This document shows, piece by piece, positions 15,811-26,052 of a stretch of DNA of 52,656 bases. The notes beneath the pieces are model-generated. The model searched no databases. It saw only the letters and a program-made list of their open reading frames with translations, and was not told the origin of the DNA. Location: positions 1-52,656 of the IMG/VR virus record IMGVR_UViG_3300031801_000001. One strand, 5' to 3'. Source of the DNA: a virus. Its lineage: Duplodnaviria > Caudoviricetes. Both the position numbers and the translations under genes were made by a program. Positions within the stretch are counted from its first letter, which is position 1, and each line of letters opens with the position of its first letter.

Positions 15811-16277
15811 GGGAGAATAGTGATTCCGAGTTCTAATTCAACCGTCTCAAGAATACATGATTGTGCATCACATACTGAATATCTTAGATTTAATTTCAAG
15901 ATCTCTGAGCCGATCTTAATGGGAACAAACTTTATAGGAAGAATGACAACTTTAAGGTTTTCATCAAAATAGAAACTGTCTTTCTCATAAAGTACATAGG
16001 GGACTTTAATAAGCGAAGGTTTTCTACTGAAAGATGTTTTTGCAGGGAAATCTTTATTCCACTTGAATCCATCATAAGCCCTAAACCCAATCATCAACTG
16101 TTCACTCTCACCCAATTGATATTCACTTGACATTTTAAAAAAGCCTTTGCAATATTGGACGGCTCGCACCATTATGACACTTGAATGAGTTGCATCTGCC
16201 TTGCTTTCGTCAGACACGAACAAAGCCAACATTAAAACCAAAAAACTAACGAGCTTTACCATTACATTTCTCTTCAC
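15807..16277 (-). CDS. Exported protein resembling the DsbD N-terminal domain
   Basis: Signal peptide; C-terminal YSVCDAQSCI (C-x4-C). Confidence 0.5.
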   Translation of the reverse strand: MKRNVMVKLVSFLVLMLALFVSDESKADATHSSVIMVRAVQYCKGFFKMSSEYQLGESEQLMIGFRAYDGFKWNKDFPAKTSFSRKPSLIKVPYVLYEKDSFYFDENLKVVILPIKFVPIKIGSEILKLNLRYSVCDAQSCILETVELELGITILP

Positions 16278-16488
16278 AATTATCTCCTAAACAGCGTCGG
16301 CAACACTGTTGTCTTTGTTTTTCCAACATTATATCAGATAAATCTTTGTTGCATTGCTGTGCTCTTGCGAAGTCTCTATTCTCTCTGAGACGGATACATC
16401 TTGTCGGGGATGTTACCGGATGAGTGCTGCAATCTGATACTGTTGTGCATGGGGCAATTAAAGCCAACGATATAGCAATTAAAGCCAT
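16246..16488 (-). CDS. Small Cys-rich exported protein
   Basis: Hydrophobic N-terminus, many Cys. Confidence 0.45.
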   Translation of the reverse strand: MALIAISLALIAPCTTVSDCSTHPVTSPTRCIRLRENRDFARAQQCNKDLSDIMLEKQRQQCCRRCLGDNCEEKCNGKAR

Positions 16489-16501
16489 TTTCCAATCTAT
16501 T

Positions 16502-17734
16502 TTACACTCTCTCCATAAAATTAACTATATCATCATGATTGTTTTGAATCTCGCCAGTTTGAATTACACTAATTATTGCTTTTAACATAGAACCAACCTG
16601 CCCACCGGAGAAACCGAGTTTCATGATATCATGTCCTGTGATATCTAACTCTTTGTTATTAATTGGATTTCCCAAAACCAACGCAATCTTTAACACATCA
16701 TTCTGATAGTGTAAACCAAAACGCTTGAATAACTTATGAAGTAGTTGCAATCTTCCTCTTGAAACTCCATCCATCTCCCAAATGTTTTTATTGCCCTGGG
16801 CAATTTGCTTGGCGAGGTTCAAGATTCCAGACATTTCTTTTGTTGGGCGCATTCGCTCTGGCTCTCCGCCTCTTAAAAAGAATGCAACAAAATTAGTCAA
16901 CATACTCTCGTCAGTATCAACGAATGGAGGATTGATCTCCAAAGGTTCAAACCCAAAACCAAATAAGAACTCACCAATTCCTAATTCTTTTAAAAGTTCA
17001 ATGAGATGACTACTATCTTTTCTTCCTTTTGTCCAAGCCTTTTCAAACTCCATAAAAATTCTTTCAACCGCAATAGAACGAAGAAGATGAAAGTTATTCT
17101 TTATACTTCGCTTTGTTTTTTCCTCAATATCAAAATCAAGGCGGACAGCAAACTGAATTGCTCTCAAAATTCTTAATGGATCTTCAGCAAATCTTTCATC
17201 GGGATTTCCCACTGTGCGTATAACTTTGTTTTGGATATCTTCAACGCCACCAAATATATCAATGATATTGCCCTCTGAATCTTTAGAAAGAGCGTTCATT
17301 GTAAAATCTCTTCTTGCCATATCATCTTCTACAGTTGCAGTGTGATCTGACACAATATCAAAATCCGTATGTTTAGTGCCAGTCTTCTTTTCGGTTCTTG
17401 GAATTGAGAAATCATATTCATCACCGTCGATGACAGCCTTAATGATACCAAAAGACTTTCCAACTTCAGACACCTTACCGAGAGCAGACAATATCTTTTC
17501 TAAATCATCCAAGGGAATTCCAGTTACAACAAAATCAATATCTTTTGGTTCAGGGGCATCGGGGATTAACTCGTCTCGCACAGCACCGCCAACAATAAAA
17601 GATTTACCTCCATTCTGACGAATTAGTCTGTGAATATTATTTAGTGTTTCTGGGGAGGGGGCAGCTTCGGTTAGAATGTAAGAATCAGCATCTTCAACAA
17701 CATAACTATTCCACGATGACATGAATTCTCTCAT
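16502..17734 (-). CDS. cca: Class II CCA-adding tRNA nucleotidyltransferase, no HD domain
   Basis: VGGAVRD...DIDF, RTE with full-length flexible loop, RRDFTMNA, EDPLRILRA. Confidence 0.9.
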   Translation of the reverse strand: MREFMSSWNSYVVEDADSYILTEAAPSPETLNNIHRLIRQNGGKSFIVGGAVRDELIPDAPEPKDIDFVVTGIPLDDLEKILSALGKVSEVGKSFGIIKAVIDGDEYDFSIPRTEKKTGTKHTDFDIVSDHTATVEDDMARRDFTMNALSKDSEGNIIDIFGGVEDIQNKVIRTVGNPDERFAEDPLRILRAIQFAVRLDFDIEEKTKRSIKNNFHLLRSIAVERIFMEFEKAWTKGRKDSSHLIELLKELGIGEFLFGFGFEPLEINPPFVDTDESMLTNFVAFFLRGGEPERMRPTKEMSGILNLAKQIAQGNKNIWEMDGVSRGRLQLLHKLFKRFGLHYQNDVLKIALVLGNPINNKELDITGHDIMKLGFSGGQVGSMLKAIISVIQTGEIQNNHDDIVNFMERV

Positions 17735-18186
17735 TGATATAATTCTTCAACTTCGCCGCAAACATTAAAGGCTTCAATTGATTTATAATCGGCTTCAGAA
17801 AATTCATTAGACATTTCTGGTTTTCCACCTTTCGATGGATGAGTGGCAATTGTAATATGCGGAAGCCCCTGAATTTTAAATGGAACTGGTATATCTTTCA
17901 TATCAATTTTAACTGCCATGACAAAATCATTTTGTGCCATAGCAACAACGGTTAAACAATCGTTAAATCTATGCCACCGTGCAGGAATTCTACCCATCTT
18001 TTGTTCGGAAGGATTAATTAGTGTCATGTGGTGAGCATGAATCTTCCATTCAGCGGGAGCGTAAGACGCAAGCTTCTCTTGAGATTCTTTATCTAGTACA
18101 TATGCTGTATAATGCATACGCTTCGTTGGCTTGCGCATGTTCATCTCTTTAAGATAGTTATTCCAATTTTCAAATATCTTCTTCAT
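17731..18186 (-). CDS. 2H phosphoesterase (cyclic phosphodiesterase-like)
   Basis: Two HxT motifs, HHMTL and PHITI; GGAGGGAGG RBS before MKKIFENW. Confidence 0.75.
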   Translation of the reverse strand: MKKIFENWNNYLKEMNMRKPTKRMHYTAYVLDKESQEKLASYAPAEWKIHAHHMTLINPSEQKMGRIPARWHRFNDCLTVVAMAQNDFVMAVKIDMKDIPVPFKIQGLPHITIATHPSKGGKPEMSNEFSEADYKSIEAFNVCGEVEELYQ

Positions 18187-18829
18187 CAATCCTCCCTCCG
18201 TTTCCAGCAATTTCCTTCAACTTTTCAATAGTTGTTTGAGCTGAATGATGGTGAATACCCTCGCCGCCGGCTTCAATCCACGGATCAAGAAACTTCAACA
18301 TATCATCAATTAACAAGCTGTTTTCAGTTGCGTGCTTGAACTTATCGTGTGTTAAAATAACTTTTGATTCATCAATTCCTAAATTTCTTTTAAGCCAATC
18401 AAACTTCCCTTGCGATGAACCCTCACCACTCATCGGCGCTGAGAGTATGATGGGGTTAAACTTCTTAATATAGCTCCAAACAGCCTTGCCTTCTGGCATC
18501 CACTTTAAATTTGCCCAAAACTCTCTATTGTTGCCAACAAGCTTGTACATATAGTTTCTAGCTGATTTGAGCCTAATTGATTTATCAAAACTAATATCTT
18601 TAATTGTAATTTTGTGTTCTCTGCCCAATCTATCAAGGGCGGTTCTTAACTTTTCTTTATATTTATTTCCATTCTCCACGTTTTGAAGACTGTTGTTGAC
18701 ATAATCAATCACTCCATCTTGAAAATTCACCAAAACTCCATCCATATCACAATAGATTTGATAAGGAAAAGTGGAATGTCCCCCTTCAGATAGGAAAGAT
18801 TTCCATTTATTTAAAGCATTCATTGTCAT
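18170..18829 (-). CDS. HAD-superfamily phosphatase/nucleotidase
   Basis: IYCDMDGVL, ILSAP, K...W, LLIDD. Confidence 0.85.
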   Translation of the reverse strand: MTMNALNKWKSFLSEGGHSTFPYQIYCDMDGVLVNFQDGVIDYVNNSLQNVENGNKYKEKLRTALDRLGREHKITIKDISFDKSIRLKSARNYMYKLVGNNREFWANLKWMPEGKAVWSYIKKFNPIILSAPMSGEGSSQGKFDWLKRNLGIDESKVILTHDKFKHATENSLLIDDMLKFLDPWIEAGGEGIHHHSAQTTIEKLKEIAGNGGRIDEEDI

Positions 18830-18833
18830 AATT

Positions 18834-19265
18834 TTAAATAAGTTTGTTAACCCCGATTAGCTTGTTGATTGTCAATCCGACAATTGTTTTCATTTGTGAT
18901 TTTAAAACTTTTTGAACATATATTCTTGGAGTCAATTCAACCTGGGAAATGCAGCAAAATTTAACTCTCAAACGTACAGAGGTTCCTGTTGAGTCTTCTA
19001 TCGAATGCCCAAATGGCGTAACGATTGTAACGCCAGGGATTGATCTAATTTCTGCCCATGTTTGTTCTTTGTCACCTCCGAGTTCCTTAGAGACATGAAC
19101 AATAAAAACAGCCTCCCAAACATCTTGGCTAAAATCTGTGCCTGTTTCATTTATAAACTCTTTCCACGATGCATCTGGAGTTAGAGGTTTAATTTCCCAC
19201 TCATTATCTTCCAAGATTGTAATCACAGACTTCTTAAATATTCTTTCGTTATTATCGTTTTGCAT
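18834..19265 (-). CDS. Hypothetical protein
   Basis: ORF leading the HAD-2H-CCA run; contains EIRSIPGVTIV. Confidence 0.65.
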   Translation of the reverse strand: MQNDNNERIFKKSVITILEDNEWEIKPLTPDASWKEFINETGTDFSQDVWEAVFIVHVSKELGGDKEQTWAEIRSIPGVTIVTPFGHSIEDSTGTSVRLRVKFCCISQVELTPRIYVQKVLKSQMKTIVGLTINKLIGVNKLI

Positions 19266-19272
19266 ACTATAA

Positions 19273-21357
19273 TTATCTACAAACTTCTGAAAAGATATCA
19301 TTCAAGTAACCTCTAATCTCTTCGCTCGTAATCCCTCCATATAAATTATAACAAGTCATTGCAATATTGGACGGCTCGCACCATTCATTGTTGAACGCTT
19401 GAGGCACGATTGCGTATACCTCAAATACATCTTCTTGTCCGCAATCACCCACTTGACAAGGAGACAATGAATTTCTCACAGTAGCAGCAGTATTTCTTTC
19501 TGTTGATTGTGCTACTTCATCAGTGAATACAACCATCATAGGAAAAGCATCATCTCTAAACGATAAAGCATAATCATTTCTTGCTACATGATATACTGCA
19601 TCATATTGTGGTTCTCTTCCCCCCAAATTACAACCAACACCATTAAGAGCAATTTGAAACTGTTCTGCAGACACAAAATTAATTAAAACATCCGGGGCGT
19701 TTCCAAAGGAGCCAGGAACATTAATAATGGCAAATCTATGTGGAGTACCAATATATTCTAGCACATATGGCTGAATTCCTCTCTTTAATGCACGAATCGT
19801 TGAACACATAGAACCACTTCGATCAATAACAAAAACCATATCCACCTTATCGTGAGCATCTAAATCTTCATCTGTCTCTCCGTCACAGTCATCATCTAAA
19901 TGATTGCAAACCTCTTCTGTTGGCAGTGTTTGCGCCGGACAAAGATTTTCTATAAACACATCTCCAGCATCATCACCCCAAATTCCCCTCTGACAAGTCT
20001 GTCCTCCCTCGGCACAAACCCCTACATTTAGTGTACCAAGAGGTCCGGTATAACAACTACGAGAAAGATCTTCATCAACTTCTTCATCACAATCATCGTC
20101 CCAATTGTTACAAATTTCTGCTTCAGGCAATCCTAAATCTGCTATACATCCCTCTTGAATCTCAGGACGATATACGCATAAAGCCTGACATACTGTATAA
20201 TGCGTTGTAATACATTCGGGAGTATCACATTCGCAACGCATATAACCCAAACCGCAAGTCAATATAGGATTGCCATTACAGGGAAACAACCCTCCAACCA
20301 TTTCTGGTGGACATGCGCAATTTAAATCTTCATCAATCAATCCGTCGCAATCATCGTCAAGTCCATTGCAAGATTCTTCAACGGGCAAATTTGCCGTGCA
20401 ATCAATCCAACTACCAGCATTGCAAATTTCAAAACCTGAGCCACAAATCGTTTGACAAGGTTTAACTAACAATTCATCCACGGCTCCGTCACAGTCGTTA
20501 TCTAAATTATCGCACACTTCTGTCTCTGGTAATGCTGTATCTTGACACTCCAAGTCTGCCTTTGAACCATTCCATACGCAATCATAATGTCCATATTCGC
20601 AAATACCCTCATCAGTCATTCCACATTCCGCACCAACGCCTCTAGCTCCCTCATCTACAACGCCGTTGCAATTGTTATCTATACCGTCACACAGTTCCTC
20701 TGAAGGCAATACTTCGTGCAAACATCCGGTCCATCTTGCAAACTGACACGTTTGAATGCCCTTTTTACATGGTGATGAATTCACTCTCGGATCATTAAAT
20801 ACCAAATAATCCAATGGAGTTCCATCTTGTTTTCTAGGTCCGCTCCAACATGAACGTTTAAGGCTTTCATCAACTGAGTTATCACAATTATTATCGCGTC
20901 CGTCACAAATTTCTGTTGCGGGAAGTTGAATATCAATACACAATCCCTTTACCCAAATATCATCGCCAGTACCTCCAATTCGATCTGGTCCTTCTTCCCA
21001 AGCACCTAGTTCAGAGCCCCCTTCTGGAAGAAATCTGCAAACTTGTCTACCGTAGTCGCATATTCCATGCAATGAACCAAAATCTTCTCCGCTTACTGTA
21101 TAAAACTCAATTGGATAATCATCGTTCCAACACTCTCTCGGATCATCAAGAAAACACTCGCACCCTTCATCGACTTCTCCGTTACAGTTATTATCTTTAA
21201 AATCACACAACTCGGGAATAGAAGCATCTGACTCAGCCAACGGATTATCTTCAGTACATGAAATATCAAGCGAACCTGCAACAAATTGTTTTTCATCTGC
21301 ACACATCGAACATGCCTGAAGTAGCAAACAAAACGGAATAAACTTAATCCACTTCAT
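19273..21357 (-). CDS. Myxobacterial-type Cys-rich lipoprotein with MopE-like repeats and a C-terminal VWA domain
   Basis: Lipobox LQA-C; seven ExCDxxD[ND][ND]C[DN]xxVDE-type repeats; VFVIDRSGSM MIDAS motif. Confidence 0.8.
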   Translation of the reverse strand: MKWIKFIPFCLLLQACSMCADEKQFVAGSLDISCTEDNPLAESDASIPELCDFKDNNCNGEVDEGCECFLDDPRECWNDDYPIEFYTVSGEDFGSLHGICDYGRQVCRFLPEGGSELGAWEEGPDRIGGTGDDIWVKGLCIDIQLPATEICDGRDNNCDNSVDESLKRSCWSGPRKQDGTPLDYLVFNDPRVNSSPCKKGIQTCQFARWTGCLHEVLPSEELCDGIDNNCNGVVDEGARGVGAECGMTDEGICEYGHYDCVWNGSKADLECQDTALPETEVCDNLDNDCDGAVDELLVKPCQTICGSGFEICNAGSWIDCTANLPVEESCNGLDDDCDGLIDEDLNCACPPEMVGGLFPCNGNPILTCGLGYMRCECDTPECITTHYTVCQALCVYRPEIQEGCIADLGLPEAEICNNWDDDCDEEVDEDLSRSCYTGPLGTLNVGVCAEGGQTCQRGIWGDDAGDVFIENLCPAQTLPTEEVCNHLDDDCDGETDEDLDAHDKVDMVFVIDRSGSMCSTIRALKRGIQPYVLEYIGTPHRFAIINVPGSFGNAPDVLINFVSAEQFQIALNGVGCNLGGREPQYDAVYHVARNDYALSFRDDAFPMMVVFTDEVAQSTERNTAATVRNSLSPCQVGDCGQEDVFEVYAIVPQAFNNEWCEPSNIAMTCYNLYGGITSEEIRGYLNDIFSEVCR

Positions 21358-21577
21358 TATCTTCTTCCTCTTCCATTGGAGGAGCAGACTTACTGCGTTC
21401 TTCTGGCGGATCGACATCAAAAGGAGCCTCTTCTTTTTCAACTCCTTTTATCGTTAATCTATTTCTTTTATGTTTTTGTCTGACGGCTCTTTGAAGTGGC
21501 TCTTCTTCAAACAGAAGAGTAGGAACATTGTGTGGAAATTCTATAAATTTCTGCCATTGTTCTAATATGCGCTTCAC
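21344..21577 (-). CDS. Hypothetical protein with W-leader
   Basis: MKRILEQWQKFIE; ACTAGTTA motif 4 nt upstream. Confidence 0.6.
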   Translation of the reverse strand: MKRILEQWQKFIEFPHNVPTLLFEEEPLQRAVRQKHKRNRLTIKGVEKEEAPFDVDPPEERSKSAPPMEEEEDNEVD

Positions 21578-21601
21578 TTATTAACTAGTTGCTAATATTA
21601 T

Positions 21602-21961
21602 CTAATTTAATTGTTTTTTGATTTCGTCCTGCTCTCTCTGCAATTTGGCTCTAAACAATAAAAGGTTCATCACTGCACGATATTGAGAGTTGGTGATTTC
21701 TTCTCCATCATAATTCGTATTCATTCTCAATAAATTCTCTAAGTCTGCTGTATTGGAGACTAGGGATTTATCAAATTTACTAAACTCATGAATGTCTATA
21801 AGACCTTCAGACACAGTTTCAAAAATCTTAACTGCCTTGTCATCATCCCAATCGCACGCTTCGACCAACTCCATCATACAAGAATAATACTCTGCAAATC
21901 CTTTAACTGATTCTTCTAAAAGCTCAAATGCCTTTGCTCTATCTTCATCATCTTGTTTCAT
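21602..21961 (-). CDS. Hypothetical acidic protein
   Basis: ORF in a co-directional run. Confidence 0.6.
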   Translation of the reverse strand: MKQDDEDRAKAFELLEESVKGFAEYYSCMMELVEACDWDDDKAVKIFETVSEGLIDIHEFSKFDKSLVSNTADLENLLRMNTNYDGEEITNSQYRAVMNLLLFRAKLQREQDEIKKQLN

Positions 21962-21999
21962 AATTTATTGTTCTCACTCAAATTTAACGTATCGCTTAA

Positions 22000-22269
22000 T
22001 TATTGCTCCTCGGGTAATCTTAGAGAAGAATTAGCTTCAGGAGTAGCCACTTTCTTATTTCCCTTTGACGTACTCCTGATACAAACTGCAATCACTGCCA
22101 TAATAAAAGCAGCATATAAAAACAAACCACCCCAAGCCACAATTTTATTTTGAAGAACAACCCCAAGAACAACCATAAGAAACATTGACTTCGCCAATAC
22201 GAAAAGTGCAACAGCTAATTTTGTAGTGTTATTTGTATCTAAAAGTGCATTAACTAACATTGTGCCCAT
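22000..22269 (-). CDS. Membrane protein
   Basis: Two long hydrophobic segments. Confidence 0.55.
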   Translation of the reverse strand: MGTMLVNALLDTNNTTKLAVALFVLAKSMFLMVVLGVVLQNKIVAWGGLFLYAAFIMAVIAVCIRSTSKGNKKVATPEANSSLRLPEEQ

Positions 22270-22299
22270 GCATTATATTCTCACATATAGACGCAATTG

Positions 22300-22713
22300 T
22301 TAATCGATTTTAACCAATCTGAACTCATAAAATACAAATCCACCAGAAAGCGTGGAGTCGCTTTCGTTCTTCAAAAAAATATACCCCAGTTGATTATCTT
22401 CGTTATTGGGATTAACATTGTGCCCTCGCAGGAATTCAAGAACCATCAACTTTGTCAACGTCTGAGAGAATTCATTCCAATCTTCTGCATATCCTAGAAC
22501 GAATAGATCATCGAAACCCATACACTTCTCTGCTCTAATAACAAACATATTCGTGCCGAAGACTTCAAATGGAAAAGCCATTTGTGGATTCGGACACGCA
22601 TCCTTCATCTTTTCGACTGTCAATTTATCAATTCTCTTGGAGCGTTCCACATAAGCGCAGCTATATGAACCAAGTAGTATGAGTGCCAATAATGATGCCA
22701 ATAATTTTCTCAT
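22300..22713 (-). CDS. Exported or lipoprotein
   Basis: MRKLLASLLALILLGSYSC signal. Confidence 0.6.
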   Translation of the reverse strand: MRKLLASLLALILLGSYSCAYVERSKRIDKLTVEKMKDACPNPQMAFPFEVFGTNMFVIRAEKCMGFDDLFVLGYAEDWNEFSQTLTKLMVLEFLRGHNVNPNNEDNQLGYIFLKNESDSTLSGGFVFYEFRLVKID

Positions 22714-22718
22714 TTTCT

Positions 22719-25289
22719 TTATCCTTTGTTTTTGTTCTCCAGCATTAATTTTGCAATCTTAACTGTCTGAAGTACAATTCTTTTTACTGTTTCATTTAGT
22801 TCTTCTGGATCAATATCTGGATTGGCATTTCTAATCCTAATTTTTAGAACATTCATTAGGGCTCTAATGTCATTAGATGGTACTGCATGTCCTTTTCTGT
22901 CTGCGTCAAATATGGTGTCAATTAACTTTATGGCAGCATCATTAACCTTTTGATCTTTAGGGAAGCTTTCTCTGGCTTTGGTGGCAAATTCTTTGGCAGA
23001 ATTCCTTAACTCAATTGAGGTTTCAAGTTTTATGTCCTTATCTATTACAATCATTTCCTCAAGAATAAGTTTTGCAGTCTCCAAAACAAAATCCATATTC
23101 TTGTCTAAATATTCAAGCATAAGGAGAGCCGCCTCTGCGTTACTTTCGTGGGTACTAGATGGTAAAAGCGATATAGCCTTCAAAGATAATTTAGTTGAAT
23201 CTCTATCGTCTGTCTGTACGTGAATCACAAAATCCACAAACATAGGCAACGTCATTGAAATAATTGAATGTGGCTTCTCTTTCGGTCCCTCAATGCCTGG
23301 AAGGACTAACTGTTTTGCGGCATACTCTTGAGCTTCGGCTTCTTTTGATTTCAGTTTTTTATACAAATGATCGTTAAATGTATTGGAGCGGAATTCATTA
23401 TATTCAACGCCGCTAAACAGCTCTTTAAAGATTTTGTAATCTGGACTGGATCTGTCCATTGAGGCTATGATAAATTTGTCTGTTTGCGGATCTGTTTTGA
23501 GTTCCAAAACGCCCTCGTCGTATTCCCAGTCGAAATTTTCAAATTCAATCTCTTCGCTTTCAAGCTTGCTTAAAACAGAATCCGTATAAGATGGTTCAAT
23601 ATGTCCATTTTCAACCAATACCTGTCTAATGACATCTTTTACAATCTTATATTTATTATCAACGTCATAAGCGTAGTCTACAAAATCGCTAAATCCATCG
23701 GGGGTGAATTCGTGTTCTATCTCTAGATCAAATCTAATTAAAAGAGTTTGGGAATTAGATTGCCCCCAAGGATTATCAAATAGTATGTCACTGTACCAAA
23801 TATCAGCATCATTAAGAGCATCGCCCAGTTGATTATAAAGTACTCGTTGTTCTTGCCATTCACTCGGCAAAGAATCCAAAATTTCAAATTCCTCAGAATG
23901 GAACTCAACAGCCATCGAGCCTCCAAAAGATAAGTAAACATCATCATCCCAATCACCACCTTCAACTTCAGACCAAACACCGACATACTGTAATCTTCGA
24001 TCTGCATCGGTTTGAATTTGTTCTCTCTCTTCTTCATATTGGTCTGCCAAGTTTGGACCAACTTGTTCAGAATCATCTTCCACGTCACCCGAATATTCTG
24101 TTGTGTGAAAAAAGTCATTAAACATAGAAGACGAATAAGAATCTGAATAACTACCTCCCTTTCTCACAAAATCGTGCATGTCAGGAAGCCCTGTTCCAAT
24201 CAACTTCCCCTCCTCGTCTCTATCAAATTCAATATCTGGATCATTCTGTTCAAGATACTCTCTTTGCGCTGCGAGTGCCCAATCAGAAACAGCCTCTCTA
24301 AAACCAACATAACCGACTCCATAAGTTTGTTCTTCTGGAACGGCTAAATCGTAATCATCGTCTACATTGAAGAACCTTCTTAATCTAACTCTCGCCAAAG
24401 GTTCAGCACCCTCGATACGCCTAGAGGGATCTTCGAAGATTTCTTCGTCTTGTAAATCAATCCCTTCCAATTGTTCGGTTTCTACTACATATGCAATTGG
24501 ACCATGACCTTTTGATTCTGCCATAGCACAATCAAAATAACCTGAACCTTCGCTGTGGCATGAATGAATCTTATTGAAATCTGACATTCTTACAACGTCA
24601 ATTGGATGGCGAGAAACTACAATGGAGAATTTACTAGCAGTCATTATATCTTCTGGGTGGGTTCTGTAATATTCGGACTTGGCGTTCCAGAAATTTAATA
24701 GTTTCTTTGCGTCAACATGATTTATTATTTCACTGTTTCTACCGAAAAGCTTTTGCCATTGTTGATATAATTTTTGCTTTAATTTTCTAAGCTCTTCTCG
24801 CCGTGGATGCGCGACGTAGCCACCGTCGTCAGGGACAGAGACTCGGTGCTCGTAATCCGAGACAGAGCGCCAATATTCTTGATCAAATTTTGTGTATTTC
24901 TCACTTATTTGAGCTGCTCTATTCAGCAACTTTCCGATTTTTGTCTTTCTTTCTTGTGTACCCTTTTGAGTTTCTACTTCCACAGAGACAGTACCAGTAG
25001 AAAAATCCACTTTGTAACCTGCTCCTTCAAAAAATTTAATTAAATCTTGAATTATTTCGTCGGCATAAGTTTGCATCGGAAACGCAACTCGCCACTTTCC
25101 ATCGAACATATGTGCGAAAGAATAGTCATCAATATTGTCGGCTTGTGCCATCCAATCTTTAACTCTTTCATAGTTTGAATCGGTAATTTCGGCAAGAACA
25201 TTTTGTTCAATTTCTTGAAGGACTACTTCACTTAAAAGAGTTTTTTTGGACTCAAGAAATTGTTTCCACTGACCATGAAAATCATTCAT
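22719..25289 (-). CDS. Large acidic hypothetical protein with W-leader, possibly virion-internal
   Basis: 856 aa; MNDFHGQWKQFLE; CCTAGTTA and GAGGA upstream. Confidence 0.75.
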   Translation of the reverse strand: MNDFHGQWKQFLESKKTLLSEVVLQEIEQNVLAEITDSNYERVKDWMAQADNIDDYSFAHMFDGKWRVAFPMQTYADEIIQDLIKFFEGAGYKVDFSTGTVSVEVETQKGTQERKTKIGKLLNRAAQISEKYTKFDQEYWRSVSDYEHRVSVPDDGGYVAHPRREELRKLKQKLYQQWQKLFGRNSEIINHVDAKKLLNFWNAKSEYYRTHPEDIMTASKFSIVVSRHPIDVVRMSDFNKIHSCHSEGSGYFDCAMAESKGHGPIAYVVETEQLEGIDLQDEEIFEDPSRRIEGAEPLARVRLRRFFNVDDDYDLAVPEEQTYGVGYVGFREAVSDWALAAQREYLEQNDPDIEFDRDEEGKLIGTGLPDMHDFVRKGGSYSDSYSSSMFNDFFHTTEYSGDVEDDSEQVGPNLADQYEEEREQIQTDADRRLQYVGVWSEVEGGDWDDDVYLSFGGSMAVEFHSEEFEILDSLPSEWQEQRVLYNQLGDALNDADIWYSDILFDNPWGQSNSQTLLIRFDLEIEHEFTPDGFSDFVDYAYDVDNKYKIVKDVIRQVLVENGHIEPSYTDSVLSKLESEEIEFENFDWEYDEGVLELKTDPQTDKFIIASMDRSSPDYKIFKELFSGVEYNEFRSNTFNDHLYKKLKSKEAEAQEYAAKQLVLPGIEGPKEKPHSIISMTLPMFVDFVIHVQTDDRDSTKLSLKAISLLPSSTHESNAEAALLMLEYLDKNMDFVLETAKLILEEMIVIDKDIKLETSIELRNSAKEFATKARESFPKDQKVNDAAIKLIDTIFDADRKGHAVPSNDIRALMNVLKIRIRNANPDIDPEELNETVKRIVLQTVKIAKLMLENKNKG

Positions 25290-25327
25290 TTTATATCCTC
25301 AAACCTAACTAGGTTAATTGTTTAAGC

Positions 25328-25480
25328 TCAAGGACTGTCATCCCTTTTATAAGATTCATTTCCCTCTTGAACTTCTTCTTCCTCTTCGCTAATTTCAGTT
25401 TCTTCAGAAACTTCTTTATTCAGAAGATGAGAGATTTCCTCTTGAATAATCTCTTTTAGTCTAGCTTTTGTAATGACCAT
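25328..25480 (-). CDS. Small acidic protein with an LKEIIQEEI helix
   Basis: AGGAG RBS; ACTATTTA upstream. Confidence 0.55.
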   Translation of the reverse strand: MVITKARLKEIIQEEISHLLNKEVSEETEISEEEEEVQEGNESYKRDDSP

Positions 25481-25523
25481 ATAATTACTCCTTGAAAATT
25501 CGTAGTAAATAGTTTTTAAAACA

Positions 25524-25553
25524 ACAAAAGGGCACCTCAATTTGAAGTGCCCC
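25524..25553 (-). terminator. Intrinsic terminator after hsp20
   Basis: GGGCACTTCAA-A-TTGAGGTGCCC-TTTTG on the minus strand. Confidence 0.7.
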
Positions 25554-25582
25554 TTATTTTGTTGAATCTCTTACGGTTTCGT

Positions 25583-26029
25583 TTACTTAATAGGAATCGT
25601 AACCGATGCAACTGTGGCTGACGAAGGCTCAACCTCAATAGTTAAAACACCATTGCGATGAGAAGCCGTCACGTCATCGGCAACAACACCTTTATCAACC
25701 TGCCACGAACGAACAAAAGGCTCAATAAACGCCCCTGGATTGTCTTCGTTAGCAAAAAGCTCGACAATTAAAGCAGTGTCGGCAAGACTAATCAAAAAAT
25801 CCTTTCGCATAACTCCTGGGGCTGCAATGATAACTGTCAAGCCTCCATCGTTACGATGGTTTACTGAAGTCTGCGGAATAGACTGCGAAGCGGGCTGCAG
25901 AGCAAACTCAGGAAAGCGGGTGGTGATCCAAGGCTCGTACTGCGTAAGACTGGCAAAGGGACGCCAACCGTCGTTGTCATTAAAGCTCTCAAAAAAATCT
26001 CGATATGGTAATGTTCTTAGTGAATTCAT
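25583..26029 (-). CDS. Small heat-shock protein (Hsp20/alpha-crystallin)
   Basis: APGVMRKDF, FVRSW, ASHRNGVLTI. Confidence 0.8.
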   Translation of the reverse strand: MNSLRTLPYRDFFESFNDNDGWRPFASLTQYEPWITTRFPEFALQPASQSIPQTSVNHRNDGGLTVIIAAPGVMRKDFLISLADTALIVELFANEDNPGAFIEPFVRSWQVDKGVVADDVTASHRNGVLTIEVEPSSATVASVTIPIK

Positions 26030-26052
26030 TGTTTTCTCCTTTATAATGTTAA

